From: Escherichia phage cardinal
Sequence record: PQ567651.1
DNA length: 64,000 bases
Strand: one strand, 5' to 3'
The notes beneath the pieces were generated by a model. It was given only the letters and a program-made list of their open reading frames with translations. It was not told the DNA's origin and did not search any database. A program made the translations under genes and the position numbers. This document shows, in pieces, positions 37,445-47,451 of this stretch. Numbering within the stretch: position 1 is the stretch's first letter; each line of letters opens with the position of its first letter.

Positions 37445-37848
37445 AACTCCTCCAGAAGTTTACCAAGTTTAGTTTTAAATTCATTATCCCACGCTATACG
37501 AACTATGTCAAGATCACCTTGTGCATTACGTTTTGTATCTAAGTAGTAACCACCATGCTCATAGCGGTGTTTTATATGCTCGATCAGACGTTCTTTACCA
37601 CTCTTAGATAAATAATCATCAAATTCCCCATTGAAAAGGTCTAAGATTGTTTGTCTATTATCTCCTAATTGAGTGATTCTAAAGCTAATCAAACATCCCT
37701 GTAAACCTATATCTGTTTGTTTAAGAGAAAACTCATGACCAAAGCCGCCTGTAACTATAACAAGCGGTTTTCCTGTGATAGAGCTTTTAATAACATCTTG
37801 CTTAGGTTCTGCCAAAGATGTTAGAAACTCTTTTAACCATTTGAACAT
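37438..37848 (-). CDS. hypothetical protein
   Basis: track ORF. Confidence 0.5.
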   Translation of the reverse strand: MFKWLKEFLTSLAEPKQDVIKSSITGKPLVIVTGGFGHEFSLKQTDIGLQGCLISFRITQLGDNRQTILDLFNGEFDDYLSKSGKERLIEHIKHRYEHGGYYLDTKRNAQGDLDIVRIAWDNEFKTKLGKLLEELW

Positions 37849-38008
37849 AAACTCTCCTGTGTGGCGTGGCTTTGCCTAAGCGCCGAAGGCGCGGATCAAA
37901 TATAAGCTGAATTTATTACGCCCAGGTAGCCAGGGCGCATAAATATCAGAAATTTACCATCGAATAACTATTCGAGTAAAATTTTCATCGTAATGAGATG
38001 TTTCTGTA

Positions 38009-38203
38009 TCAATAAAAGTTGAAAAAACCTTCAGCATCCAAGCTAACTTTTGCGAAAGTTGGATAAAGCGTGTATATAGCAACTTCTCTGTCTCCATCTT
38101 TAGCTGCTCTCTCAATATACGCGTAGATATTTTGTAAACTCTCCTTTGCTTTGTTAAGTTCTGCGTTTTCTGCCAGTTCTCTCATTTTATCTGCTACAGT
38201 CAT
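38009..38203 (-). CDS. hypothetical protein
   Basis: track ORF. Confidence 0.45.
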   Translation of the reverse strand: MTVADKMRELAENAELNKAKESLQNIYAYIERAAKDGDREVAIYTLYPTFAKVSLDAEGFFNFY

Positions 38204-38472
38204 TTGTCAGTATCCTTTTCAATAAATCCTGTGGTTTTACAAGGCACACATTCATACATCTGTCCAACATCTGCAACTACCCAACCCATTCCATTGCAAT
38301 AAGGACAGATTGTTTTGTTCTCTTTAGCATACACAGCCAGAAGTCTTTCTTCTAGCTTGTTGTAATCAGCAAGAAGAACATAGTCTCCTTCTGGATCTGG
38401 TACAATATCACATTGACCAGCAGCACCTTGGCTGTACACCTCTAAATCATATCGTGTAACCATTATTCCCAC
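38200..38472 (-). CDS. hypothetical protein with two Cys pairs
   Basis: CPYCNG...CVPCK. Confidence 0.5.
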   Translation of the reverse strand: MGIMVTRYDLEVYSQGAAGQCDIVPDPEGDYVLLADYNKLEERLLAVYAKENKTICPYCNGMGWVVADVGQMYECVPCKTTGFIEKDTDK

Positions 38473-38681
38473 TCCGCAATCAGTTTTGGATTTTCTGCAC
38501 GAGAATAGAATGTTGTAATGTCACCGTAAGTGTACTCTTGTTCCGACAGTTTTACAAGAGAGATCATTTCACGATCTGGAGTACCAGGAATCCAATCAAA
38601 TACGGCAACGCCACGTGGTGTTACATAGAAACCAGATGTATTACCCGTAAACTTATCTTTTCCTTTATATAATTTGTACAC
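38463..38681 (-). CDS. hypothetical protein
   Basis: track ORF. Confidence 0.5.
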   Translation of the reverse strand: MYKLYKGKDKFTGNTSGFYVTPRGVAVFDWIPGTPDREMISLVKLSEQEYTYGDITTFYSRAENPKLIAEWE

Positions 38682-38888
38682 TTTCTACTCCTCATAGATA
38701 GAATCTATTAAAAACCTGCTATCAATCGGTATAAACAGTTTTACTTTTCGTAAAAAACATGCTACCCTAATCTTATATACCGAGCGATAGCGAGGTAGAG
38801 AATATTCCATGTTATACATGGAAAGAGTATATGTAATGTTACTAACTCTATAACTAACTATATACTCTTTATACCTTACTTACTACTC

Positions 38889-39152
38889 TTATTGAAGTTC
38901 AAAGATATCCCCATCTCCATCATATCCATACTCTAACTCTCCTGTATCATATAATACAATAAAGTCTGTATCATCTTCAATAAAAGATTTAGCATAATCT
39001 ACTAACTCTTCATTATCTTCATACCCTTCCAGGTACTCAATACGACCATTGATACATTTAGCTGCAACAACTCCTGGGCCATTGCTTGGAGTCCACTCAC
39101 TGTATACTCGCATACCTAATTCTTTAATCATTGTTTGTCTCCTCATAATCAA
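38889..39152 (-). CDS. hypothetical protein
   Basis: track ORF. Confidence 0.5.
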   Translation of the reverse strand: MIMRRQTMIKELGMRVYSEWTPSNGPGVVAAKCINGRIEYLEGYEDNEELVDYAKSFIEDDTDFIVLYDTGELEYGYDGDGDIFELQ

Positions 39153-39348
39153 TGTAGTTGTAACACTTATTCTTTAAGAAATCTTCTGCTTGTTTCTTGT
39201 GTTTTAGAATGATGCACTTCTCTTTATTCTGTTCTACATCATTATGTAGATTGTATAAGTTAGATGCACCATACAGAATACCAATTAACAAAAGCAAAAA
39301 GATTGCTGTTGATAACAAAAATTGTTGCAACTTGTTTACAGACTTCAT
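39124..39348 (-). CDS. small membrane-anchored protein (paralog of 44134..44343)
   Basis: N-terminal TM helix; C-terminal KCIILKHKKQAEDFLKNKCYNYIDYEE. Confidence 0.5.
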   Translation of the reverse strand: MKSVNKLQQFLLSTAIFLLLLIGILYGASNLYNLHNDVEQNKEKCIILKHKKQAEDFLKNKCYNYIDYEETNND

Positions 39349-39402
39349 AAACCCTCCTTATCGTTAGTACACATTGATACTAACAAGAAGTTAAGATCGT
39401 GT

Positions 39403-39575
39403 CAACATCTTTGTGTTAATTTTATCCACTGTTCACATTCTTCTTTTGTGTCGTACTCTACAGGCTTTCCTGTATCATTTCCACAACCATCTCCGAACGT
39501 AGCCCACCAGGAGAATAGAAAACAAGTTTCTCTTACTCTCCACTTATTGGCATAAGGTACAACATAATAACTCAT
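39403..39575 (-). CDS. small hypothetical protein
   Basis: 57 aa ORF below track cutoff; fills gap on coding strand. Confidence 0.3.
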
Positions 39576-39823
39576 AAGATTGTGATCCTTAGTTCATTTT
39601 CTAAGGTATGTCTCACACATTCTTTGAAATTGTTATCAATATAAACAACACGTACTCCATGAGGTGTTTCTTTACATTCAAACACATTATATACAGTGTC
39701 AGATAAGACATGTTGTACGTTTACTTGTCCAATACCATCTTTAACCACAACCATCACTTTCAGTAAACTTGTATGGTTTTTAACTTCATCTTCTACGTAT
39801 GCTACAACATCTTTGATATTCAT
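39572..39823 (-). CDS. hypothetical protein
   Basis: track ORF. Confidence 0.5.
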   Translation of the reverse strand: MNIKDVVAYVEDEVKNHTSLLKVMVVVKDGIGQVNVQHVLSDTVYNVFECKETPHGVRVVYIDNNFKECVRHTLENELRITIL

Positions 39824-40119
39824 TGTTTCTCCTGTTTAAGTACGATATAAGATTGACGAGATTTCCATCGTCCTATCTTAACAAGGCAAATAATGCCTCT
39901 CTTTAACAGATATTTCATATCTTCGTCATAAGCTGTTTGCAATTGCCACTTACTGTTAACAGGAAGAGAACCATGTACCCTTAAATGAGCTAACAGATAC
40001 TTTCTTCGCTCCTTCCCATAAGGCAGATATTGCCATTCTTTCTTTGATACAGGTTCATGTACTTTACGATGCCAGTAAGTAAGGTGTCTTCTTTTATGTA
40101 AACCCCTATTCCTTACCAT
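39820..40119 (-). CDS. hypothetical basic protein
   Basis: track ORF. Confidence 0.5.
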   Translation of the reverse strand: MVRNRGLHKRRHLTYWHRKVHEPVSKKEWQYLPYGKERRKYLLAHLRVHGSLPVNSKWQLQTAYDEDMKYLLKRGIICLVKIGRWKSRQSYIVLKQEKQ

Positions 40120-40358
40120 TATACCTCTACCTCCGTTACCCCAGGATCTCTAGTCCAGGTGTAGTAGAGCATACCATCTTCTTTCAGTGCAATGCGATCA
40201 CTTTCGTCTCGAAGATATAGGTCACATACTACGCGCAGTTGCGGATCTGATCCGAGTAGTTCTGAAACAATAAGGTCATCACCGCTCATACGAGCAACAA
40301 TCACTGCATATTGACCAGTATCTGCATCAAAAATTGGTTGTCCGATGTTTAATTGCAT
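40119..40358 (-). CDS. hypothetical protein
   Basis: track ORF. Confidence 0.5.
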   Translation of the reverse strand: MQLNIGQPIFDADTGQYAVIVARMSGDDLIVSELLGSDPQLRVVCDLYLRDESDRIALKEDGMLYYTWTRDPGVTEVEV

Positions 40359-40543
40359 TGTGTTGTCTCCTTATTCAGTACGTTGTTTTGTGCTGCGCAC
40401 CAGCACTCATAAAAACCTTGGGTTAATGGCATAGTGTAGTTTCCAGAAGGATCTCTTTCGAGATCCCCATCTGCATAACAACCACTACCTAAGAACCATT
40501 TTTCAAAATCGGATAAATCATCCCAATCTACACTATTTTTCAT
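40349..40543 (-). CDS. hypothetical protein
   Basis: internal ATG of track ORF 40349..40630, avoids overlap. Confidence 0.4.
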   Translation of the reverse strand: MKNSVDWDDLSDFEKWFLGSGCYADGDLERDPSGNYTMPLTQGFYECWCAAQNNVLNKETTQCN

Positions 40544-40544
40544 A

Positions 40545-41003
40545 TTATACTGTCTTATATCCGACAATAGCAACCTGATTCGTAGGCTTCCAACGACCAA
40601 TAATCTCACCAGAAATCTCTGTGCTACCATTTATGTATTGGTAATGGGTATCATCATGATTAACCCATGCCATAACGTCAAGAGTAGGGGTTTTGACGTG
40701 TACCAGTAGTGTAGCCCATTCTGGGGCTTCTTTAATATCCACAGAATCTTGCCAATCTTCTTCGATGTGCCAAGTAGGTTCGCCATCAACATCTGTAACG
40801 AAGAAACGAGCTTTCATACGTTTAAAGAACATTGGTGTATACCCATGATCGCACTCTGGGATAAAATCATCCATCGTTTCGTCATAGGTGAAATATTGTC
40901 CATCTTTATAATGAAAAGATGCACAAAACAGTTCATTACGAGCAGGAACATGCCATACAGCTACAAAACTACGACCATGTGGATAATGTTTAACCTCTTT
41001 CAT
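40545..41003 (-). CDS. hypothetical protein
   Basis: track ORF. Confidence 0.5.
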   Translation of the reverse strand: MKEVKHYPHGRSFVAVWHVPARNELFCASFHYKDGQYFTYDETMDDFIPECDHGYTPMFFKRMKARFFVTDVDGEPTWHIEEDWQDSVDIKEAPEWATLLVHVKTPTLDVMAWVNHDDTHYQYINGSTEISGEIIGRWKPTNQVAIVGYKTV

Positions 41004-41018
41004 AGTTTTCTCCTTATT

Positions 41019-41363
41019 TTATTCAAAAGAATCAATTCGATTTTGTTCTATGTCAATTGCAGCTTCTAAGATAAGTTTTAATGCTTCAAATTGCAAGTCT
41101 TCCTCTAAAGAGAAGACATATAAAACAACGGATTCCAAGTAAGACAGCACTCCAAGACTAAGCGTTGCAATCTCTACTCCTGCATCGGAGAAACCTGTTT
41201 GCAAAACTTCTTTGAAGAAACGTTGTTTATCAACAATAGCAGATAAGATAAGCGTTTTACGCTCGTCTGCTGATCGTACTGTGCAGTATATGTTGCTAAA
41301 AGAATCTAGCCACATTTTGATCATACCTTGTCGGTACATAAGGATTTCAATATCAGCCAACAT
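41019..41363 (-). CDS. hypothetical protein
   Basis: ATG with GGAGAG RBS within track ORF 41019..41462. Confidence 0.45.
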   Translation of the reverse strand: MLADIEILMYRQGMIKMWLDSFSNIYCTVRSADERKTLILSAIVDKQRFFKEVLQTGFSDAGVEIATLSLGVLSYLESVVLYVFSLEEDLQFEALKLILEAAIDIEQNRIDSFE

Positions 41364-41364
41364 A

Positions 41365-41532
41365 TTATCTCTCCTCTGGAGAAAGATTTGCATTAATTTG
41401 ATAGTAAAAATCAAAATCCTTGTGTTGATCGCACCATTCTTGAGCTTCTTTAAATGACGCAAATTGCATAGTGAATGTTGCCATCCACGTGTTCATACTT
41501 TTATTGAACTTGTCGATAAAAAATGTTTGCAT
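41365..41532 (-). CDS. hypothetical protein
   Basis: ATG with GGGAGG RBS within track ORF. Confidence 0.45.
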   Translation of the reverse strand: MQTFFIDKFNKSMNTWMATFTMQFASFKEAQEWCDQHKDFDFYYQINANLSPEER

Positions 41533-41750
41533 TATTCCTCCCATTTTATCCAAAGGCAGTATTCTGGAACATAAACCTCCTTCCCTTTGTTATTTACAAA
41601 GGTGTACTCCACAAATTCTGCTTTATATGTTTTGTTATATTCCTGTGCTGCTGGCACAGGACATTTTGTAATGCGCGTTTCAGTCCAACGGCGGTGTATA
41701 ACCGCCTTGTTCTTTGGATCAAACGGATGTATAAAGTGTGTTTTACTCAT
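41532..41750 (-). CDS. hypothetical protein
   Basis: track ORF, internal ATG. Confidence 0.45.
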   Translation of the reverse strand: MSKTHFIHPFDPKNKAVIHRRWTETRITKCPVPAAQEYNKTYKAEFVEYTFVNNKGKEVYVPEYCLWIKWEE

Positions 41751-42147
41751 GCGCCATTTCCACAAGATTTTTAATCATAGTTTCTCGACAGAGATTCCAC
41801 ATGTCCGAAGCAACCATAGCAGCATATTCATCGGGGTTGGATTCTGGTAAAATCTCTTTAACTGCTTCTGGTGTCGGGTTGCACATAGCAGGTAGTGCTT
41901 TAAGTGCATCTTCAATAGAGAGCTTTTTACCTTCACTGTAAATAACTTCGTAAGCATAGTCATTTACATCTTCTGGAATATCTTGATCCAGGTAACGCAC
42001 AGTAGAGTTATGCATTTTGTTCATAGCTTCACTAACACCAGCGCCACAAAGCTGTGCAACTTCTTTAGAGATACAGTCACAAATAACAACTTCGTAAGGC
42101 TTTCCACCATAATACTGCGCATTATATTTGATTTTAACAGACCACAT
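41743..42147 (-). CDS. hypothetical protein
   Basis: track ORF. Confidence 0.5.
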   Translation of the reverse strand: MWSVKIKYNAQYYGGKPYEVVICDCISKEVAQLCGAGVSEAMNKMHNSTVRYLDQDIPEDVNDYAYEVIYSEGKKLSIEDALKALPAMCNPTPEAVKEILPESNPDEYAAMVASDMWNLCRETMIKNLVEMAHE

Positions 42148-42157
42148 ATTACTCTCC

Positions 42158-42844
42158 TTATTTAACGTGTTTTAGCAATTCAATGTTGGCAGAATAGTTT
42201 TCACCACAATTAGTAACGCTCAACAGTGACCATTTACAAGAGAATACACCTTTTAGATGATCTGGAACACACATCAGCGGAACATAAACTGTTTCTGAAT
42301 CTTGTGTTTGCTCTGTTTTGTTAACATTGCAACAAAATGGCAATACATCATCATGAATCATTTTACATTCACTCAAATTATCTAACATATGTGAAACTTG
42401 TTCTGAAGTTTCAAACATTTGTGCTTCACAAGCCAGCGCACCAACCACTTGATAAGCCTCTCCACACAAATCTTCTAGTTCTAAAATACGTTCAGACATA
42501 GCTTCGATGATTGCTGATCGTGCTTTCACCTTAGTTTCTGCTTCTTTAATTTTCTTCTCAAGTTCTGTAATGTACTTCAGTAGTGCACTAACAACATCTG
42601 GAGTATTTTCTTGATCATCTTGGGAAATTTTTACCAAAGAAGAAGCTGCTTTGCAGCGCACTTTAGGCTCTACGTAGCCAAAAGTCATATTTTCCGAAGA
42701 AGATTGTTGTGAAAACCAGTGTTTGTTCGAAGAAAACACAGGTTCATCTTCAAACCAGAACACATCTCCAGTGATATCACGAGCCATGAAATTTGCATTG
42801 TCTGGAACTTCGTAACGATGCCCTTCAAACATAATCTCTTTCAT
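42158..42844 (-). CDS. hypothetical protein
   Basis: track ORF. Confidence 0.5.
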   Translation of the reverse strand: MKEIMFEGHRYEVPDNANFMARDITGDVFWFEDEPVFSSNKHWFSQQSSSENMTFGYVEPKVRCKAASSLVKISQDDQENTPDVVSALLKYITELEKKIKEAETKVKARSAIIEAMSERILELEDLCGEAYQVVGALACEAQMFETSEQVSHMLDNLSECKMIHDDVLPFCCNVNKTEQTQDSETVYVPLMCVPDHLKGVFSCKWSLLSVTNCGENYSANIELLKHVK

Positions 42845-43254
42845 TACACATCCTCCATTTGGAACATCTTCTTGTGGTTAGAATAGATCTGTTTGAAAAT
42901 CTTGTCAAGGCGTTCATATGATTCTTTATGCTCTTGTTTCCATCCATGATTTCGGATTTTATCTGCCAGGTCATAAGCCTCGCATAAAACTTTGGCAAAG
43001 TTGGTATTATCTATAGCACAAGCCTCAAAACCTTGAACTAAACCCTCTACATCATACCACGTATAGTCAGAGTCACTAGGAGTCTTTCCTGCATCGGCTA
43101 AACGTTGCCTCACCCATTCGATACGTTTTTCATTTAAATGGCACTTACCTTCTCTACACTCTTGTTCTAATTCTTCTTTAGATTCGTTGAATGGGTGAAG
43201 GACAGGAAGTTCTGCTTTTTGCAATTGCTCCAGGTATTCACCTACAATGCGCAT
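42844..43254 (-). CDS. hypothetical protein
   Basis: track ORF. Confidence 0.5.
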   Translation of the reverse strand: MRIVGEYLEQLQKAELPVLHPFNESKEELEQECREGKCHLNEKRIEWVRQRLADAGKTPSDSDYTWYDVEGLVQGFEACAIDNTNFAKVLCEAYDLADKIRNHGWKQEHKESYERLDKIFKQIYSNHKKMFQMEDV

Positions 43255-43258
43255 AGCT

Positions 43259-43426
43259 TCACTGTGTACACTTTCTGCCTGTGTGCCAATAACGGAAGAT
43301 ACTTTCTGTTAAACAGATGTTTTTACTAAACATCGCATTGTCTTTAACATTCGATCTATTAACCCAGTCTAAGTAATATACATAAAACTGCAATAATTCA
43401 TAACTGCTTGGTATAACTTTACTCAT
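43259..43426 (-). CDS. small hypothetical protein
   Basis: 55 aa ORF with AAGGAGA RBS, below track cutoff. Confidence 0.35.
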   Translation of the reverse strand: MSKVIPSSYELLQFYVYYLDWVNRSNVKDNAMFSKNICLTESIFRYWHTGRKCTQ

Positions 43427-43435
43427 AACCTCTCC

Positions 43436-43603
43436 TTAATTGTGCAAAATGTTATCGATCAGTATGACTAATAGTACGAGGATAGAAGGGAGTAGGAATA
43501 GAAATCTTAACATTATGTGATGCGTGTGAGAAGCGGCTTTAGCGCCAGCCGCCAATAAGCCTACTAATCCTACAATAAAGAGCAGTTGTTCAGGGACACC
43601 CAT
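43436..43603 (-). CDS. small hydrophobic membrane protein
   Basis: 55 aa ORF, start overlaps upstream stop (TAATATG). Confidence 0.3.
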   Translation of the reverse strand: MGVPEQLLFIVGLVGLLAAGAKAASHTHHIMLRFLFLLPSILVLLVILIDNILHN

Positions 43604-43607
43604 ATTA

Positions 43608-43829
43608 TGGAACACTTGGATACTCCGTAAGTTCGGCTAATAGTTGGATATGTGGACACGTGAATTGTTGTCCTGGATAGCGTGAGCTAATATCATCCAG
43701 TAAAGCAATCACAGCATTGTGCAATGCTTCGTAATCTTCATAATACACCATCTCTCCATTAGGATCTTCAACAATATCACAGTGGCAAGCGTGAGCAGTA
43801 CACGCATCCCATTCCAGACGTTTTACCAT
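43608..43829 (-). CDS. hypothetical protein
   Basis: track ORF. Confidence 0.5.
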
Positions 43830-43875
43830 AAACCCTCCTATTTATATATCAAGAAACACAAAAGAATAACATCTA

Positions 43876-44124
43876 TCACCAAACCGTTACTACTCCGGTA
43901 CGTAGCGTCTCTTCATGTCCCCAAATATCCGCTTCAATTGTAATTACAACCCACTCCGTGCTCCACTGAATACCAGTGATCTCTGTGAGATGTGCAGCTT
44001 CACGTTGTAGTGAGGCTGTGTCTGTAAGAGACGCACGTAAAGCATCCAATTCTTGTTCAATTTTGGTACGTTCTTCTTCGGTAATCGGTGTACCAACACG
44101 ATCAAAGGTAAAAATATCTAACAT
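43876..44124 (-). CDS. hypothetical protein
   Basis: track ORF. Confidence 0.5.
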   Translation of the reverse strand: MLDIFTFDRVGTPITEEERTKIEQELDALRASLTDTASLQREAAHLTEITGIQWSTEWVVITIEADIWGHEETLRTGVVTVW

Positions 44125-44133
44125 ACTTCCCTC

Positions 44134-44343
44134 CTAATTATAATTCACATAGCGCCCACAATCCTGTTCAAGAAATTTTTCAGCATCCCTTTGGTGCTTT
44201 AACACGATGCACTGTTCTTTTTTAGCTTCACTTTCACGAGCTTCTCTTGCCATATACTCACCTAAACGAATGATACTAGAGAATAACACGTATGCAAGAA
44301 TAAGACAAACAGTGATTGCACAGAAAGTTTTAAACTTAACCAT
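44134..44343 (-). CDS. small membrane-anchored protein (paralog of 39124..39348)
   Basis: ATG after GGAGG; TM helix; EQCIVLKHQRDAEKFLEQDCGRYVNY. Confidence 0.5.
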   Translation of the reverse strand: MVKFKTFCAITVCLILAYVLFSSIIRLGEYMAREARESEAKKEQCIVLKHQRDAEKFLEQDCGRYVNYN

Positions 44344-44686
44344 TGTATTCCTCCATATCACGAATACGATCAATCACCCATTGTACACGTTCTTTATTAA
44401 GGTGTGCAATGCCTAGTTCTGTTTCCGTAAAGTAGTGCGAGAAATCCGTATTAAACGGATGTAAATGGTTCAAACCCGCTTTCTTAAATTGTTCCTTCAT
44501 TTCCTCTCGTACAGAGGATTGGAGCTTTGATACATTCTCAACATCTTTTATCCAAGCAATATTGTACAAGAAGTCTACAAGACACGTGCAAAGACCATAA
44601 TGCTTTTTGCTAAAGTTTGTATCTTCTTGTTCTAACCACCACTCATAAAATTGTAGCAAATAGGAGCTGCTTTTCATGTTACACAC
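44336..44686 (-). CDS. hypothetical protein
   Basis: track ORF. Confidence 0.5.
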   Translation of the reverse strand: MCNMKSSSYLLQFYEWWLEQEDTNFSKKHYGLCTCLVDFLYNIAWIKDVENVSKLQSSVREEMKEQFKKAGLNHLHPFNTDFSHYFTETELGIAHLNKERVQWVIDRIRDMEEYNG

Positions 44687-44699
44687 TTTATTATTCTCC

Positions 44700-44999
44700 T
44701 TAATACCAGTCTACGATCACTGAATCTACAAAGCCCTCTTTGGTGTTTAAAGCATACACCTTACTAAGCCCATGCTCTCGTAGTGCTTCCATAGCAAGAT
44801 CAATCAAATCAACTTGTCGTTTCTTTGCTTGTTCATTTTTTGGATAGTCATCCAAACCGAAAACAGACGGTTTAAATGCTTTGGAGTATTTGCCAGTTTT
44901 AGCCTGATCATAACAGTCCTGAATAATTTCCTCAATAGGAAACCATAAACCTTCTCCACTTTGCTTTGCAATACAGCGCAGTTTTTCTGTAATAGTCAT
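44700..44999 (-). CDS. hypothetical protein
   Basis: track ORF. Confidence 0.5.
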   Translation of the reverse strand: MTITEKLRCIAKQSGEGLWFPIEEIIQDCYDQAKTGKYSKAFKPSVFGLDDYPKNEQAKKRQVDLIDLAMEALREHGLSKVYALNTKEGFVDSVIVDWY

Positions 45000-45208
45000 T
45001 CTTCCTCTCCTTTCAATTTACACTCAAAGATACCATTCTTAATGTTATCTGTCAAATAAAGGCTATCTTCTATCTCTTCTTTTGTATACACATAAGCCTC
45101 CTTTTCCACGTCTGTCAGACCTTGCATCGGAGCTAGTAGCCACCAGCCCCGCCAGTCAAACATAGGAGACTTATCAGATACACGAAGAATGTATCTGTCA
45201 TTACACAT
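44996..45208 (-). CDS. hypothetical protein
   Basis: track ORF. Confidence 0.45.
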   Translation of the reverse strand: MCNDRYILRVSDKSPMFDWRGWWLLAPMQGLTDVEKEAYVYTKEEIEDSLYLTDNIKNGIFECKLKGEEE

Positions 45209-45211
45209 ATA

Positions 45212-45664
45212 TTATACGATGTTCACACTAATATCTGCAACACCAACAAGAGAATAGACTTCAACTACACTTTGTGTACGATCCAGCTTGTAACGTTTCG
45301 CCTCTTTTTCAACTTCCTCACGGGAGATGGTTTCCATGATCGGAACTCCATCCACTACAAGCAGGTATTTCTCTTCGTGTTTACTTTTTGGTGCTTCCTC
45401 TAAGACTTCTACAAAATACTCAAACTCACTTTTTGCAAGCAACGTGTAACACTGAAGAAAGTCTCCTTCATTTTGAGCGATAATTTCTTGTTCTCCTGCT
45501 AAGGATTGCAAAGCAGTGACACCATACCAATCATCCACATCTAATACACGAAAATAAGAATCACCTAAAAAAGAAGCAATCCTGCTATTGCACTCAGACA
45601 CGTTAGCAAACTTACGGATATAAGATGGGTTTTTAAAACGATACACTTTACCAATTTCAAACAT
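45212..45664 (-). CDS. hypothetical protein
   Basis: track ORF. Confidence 0.5.
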   Translation of the reverse strand: MFEIGKVYRFKNPSYIRKFANVSECNSRIASFLGDSYFRVLDVDDWYGVTALQSLAGEQEIIAQNEGDFLQCYTLLAKSEFEYFVEVLEEAPKSKHEEKYLLVVDGVPIMETISREEVEKEAKRYKLDRTQSVVEVYSLVGVADISVNIV

Positions 45665-45674
45665 TACACAAATC

Positions 45675-45852
45675 CTTATTGTTCAAGAGTAAAAGGAATG
45701 ATTTCACCATAGCTGTATTGCATGGCATTCACTTCTGCTTCTGCACGTTGTGCTAGTTCTAATGTTGCACAGATTTTGTAAGGTACAGTGCTGCATTGGC
45801 TCCAGCCTGGGGTATTCTTTGTTACTAAGTACACAGTAGTCTCTTTATCCAT
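45675..45852 (-). CDS. small hypothetical protein
   Basis: 59 aa ORF with GAGGAAAAG RBS. Confidence 0.35.
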
Positions 45853-45866
45853 CTTCTTTTCCTCTT

Positions 45867-46082
45867 TTAAACAGTATATTCGTGTGGAAGGAAAACATAG
45901 TCTTCTCCTTCAACAACATCAACTACTTCCCACTTCCAGCCAGGTACTTGGCTCATTGTCTTGAATGACACATAAGCAACTCCGCTGTAAGCGATATCGG
46001 CATCTAACATAAGAGGGAAAGCAACGTGTGTCAATCCCAGATAACCACAATTATTTTCAATACACACCTGAATGCTTTTCAT
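45867..46082 (-). CDS. hypothetical protein
   Basis: internal ATG of track ORF 45867..46127 just after upstream stop. Confidence 0.45.
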   Translation of the reverse strand: MKSIQVCIENNCGYLGLTHVAFPLMLDADIAYSGVAYVSFKTMSQVPGWKWEVVDVVEGEDYVFLPHEYTV

Positions 46083-46083
46083 G

Positions 46084-46542
46084 TTATGCTCCATTAAAGA
46101 CGGGGCGTGTAGCATTACGTTCATCATTCACTGTAATAAGGTTTTTCATAACCATAACACCCTGAATATAGCCTAACCAACGATGGCGTTTGGTTTCAGA
46201 CATACCATTACACCCATCCTGAATTTCATTCAACATCCACAGTAAGTGGGAAGCACCTGTTTCACTGGTATCTGGATCTTCTACAGAACTAAGAATCGTT
46301 TCATAGCGTTCACAAATTTCTGGGTAGAATTCATAATCCTGTTGTACATCTCGCATTTCTCGAATGAAGTGACGAGCAATAGGCTTCCCACGAAAATATT
46401 CATTGATGAAATCAATAACACACATCTCACTGCCTGTCACCACGGAAGGCGTTCCTATGTTAAATTGAACACTCACACCGCATTCTTTTACAAGATTATG
46501 TACACGCTCAGTGTTAGCAAGATACAAAGATACAGTTTTCAT
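46084..46542 (-). CDS. hypothetical protein
   Basis: track ORF, first gene of minus block. Confidence 0.5.
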   Translation of the reverse strand: MKTVSLYLANTERVHNLVKECGVSVQFNIGTPSVVTGSEMCVIDFINEYFRGKPIARHFIREMRDVQQDYEFYPEICERYETILSSVEDPDTSETGASHLLWMLNEIQDGCNGMSETKRHRWLGYIQGVMVMKNLITVNDERNATRPVFNGA

Positions 46543-47000
46543 TTACACCTCTCATTAGTAGTTTGTTATGCGCGATATTGCATATTTTATGGAACACAGT
46601 GTACAGACATTTCTATTCAATGCAAGCATTATTTGCATCTTATAAATTTACGTCTCATGCCACACATCATACAGCGTCTTTTCATCTATTACAAGAACAG
46701 CAACCTAGGAACATCATTAATGGAGGGATTAGTATAGGGATTAGTATAGGATTTCCCTATCAATTATTCTATATATACCTAATATTTTTAACACACCCCT
46801 TTGTACATAATATAGACAAATAAATATCTATGCCACAAAAATTTTCTGGTATACCCGATTTATTTCGACACACCCCCTTTTCATAAGCGTAAAGTCAATA
46901 ATATCAATAACTTGCCGCAAAATACTGCTCGCTTGCGAGAGGTGCTTAACGCGATTTTCAGCGCCCCCCCGATTTCTGCCGACCGTCCCCCTCAAATATC

Positions 47001-47037
47001 AATGAGAATAATTATCATTTGCATTATCATTCAATGA
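47001..47037. promoter_or_regulatory. Fur-box-like AT palindrome cluster
   Basis: aatgagaataattatcatttgcattatcattcaatga. Confidence 0.35.
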
Positions 47038-47198
47038 CTTATAAGACTTTTGATTATTTTCTGAGCAAGAAAGGTACTACTCACAACAAAACAGATAAAT
47101 TCTAAGTAAATCAATGGCTTGGCAAGTCTAAACATCTATATACACCTTGCCAAATGAAATGATCTGGCGTGAAATAGTGCCACCCGTGGAAGATAGCT

Positions 47199-47219
47199 GA
47201 TAATGATTATCATTTGCAT
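47199..47219. promoter_or_regulatory. Fur-box-like palindrome
   Basis: gataatgattatcatttgcat vs Fur box GATAATGATAATCATTATC. Confidence 0.4.
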
Positions 47220-47451
47220 ACTTTCTGTACTATAAAACCGACTAAAAATCAAGATAATTCTGATTTATTGCGCTTTTAAGAGAGTAGGCTCAACAAATAA
47301 CAACAAATGAGGTATGTTATAGGGGCAATAGTATGAAAAATCATCTATTCAGATGTAAATAATTTTGCGCAATAGTGGTAATATTTTTCTTGACAAGAAA
47401 GATTTCTTTGTGTGCACATAGCGCCCCTGGAGGGTGGCGCATTATGATCAT

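Noticed and set aside
39322-41941. Plus-strand track ORFs inside the minus-strand block (39322..39555, 40749..41069, 41212..41457, 41471..41671, 41523..41774, 41587..41850, 41738..41941)
   Set aside because: Antisense to densely packed minus-strand genes; no RBS; low-complexity translations.
46246-46823. Plus-strand ORFs 46246..46737 and 46563..46823
   Set aside because: The first is antisense to gene 46084..46542 and runs into the AT-rich non-coding region; the second lies wholly in repeat-rich non-coding DNA; neither has an RBS.
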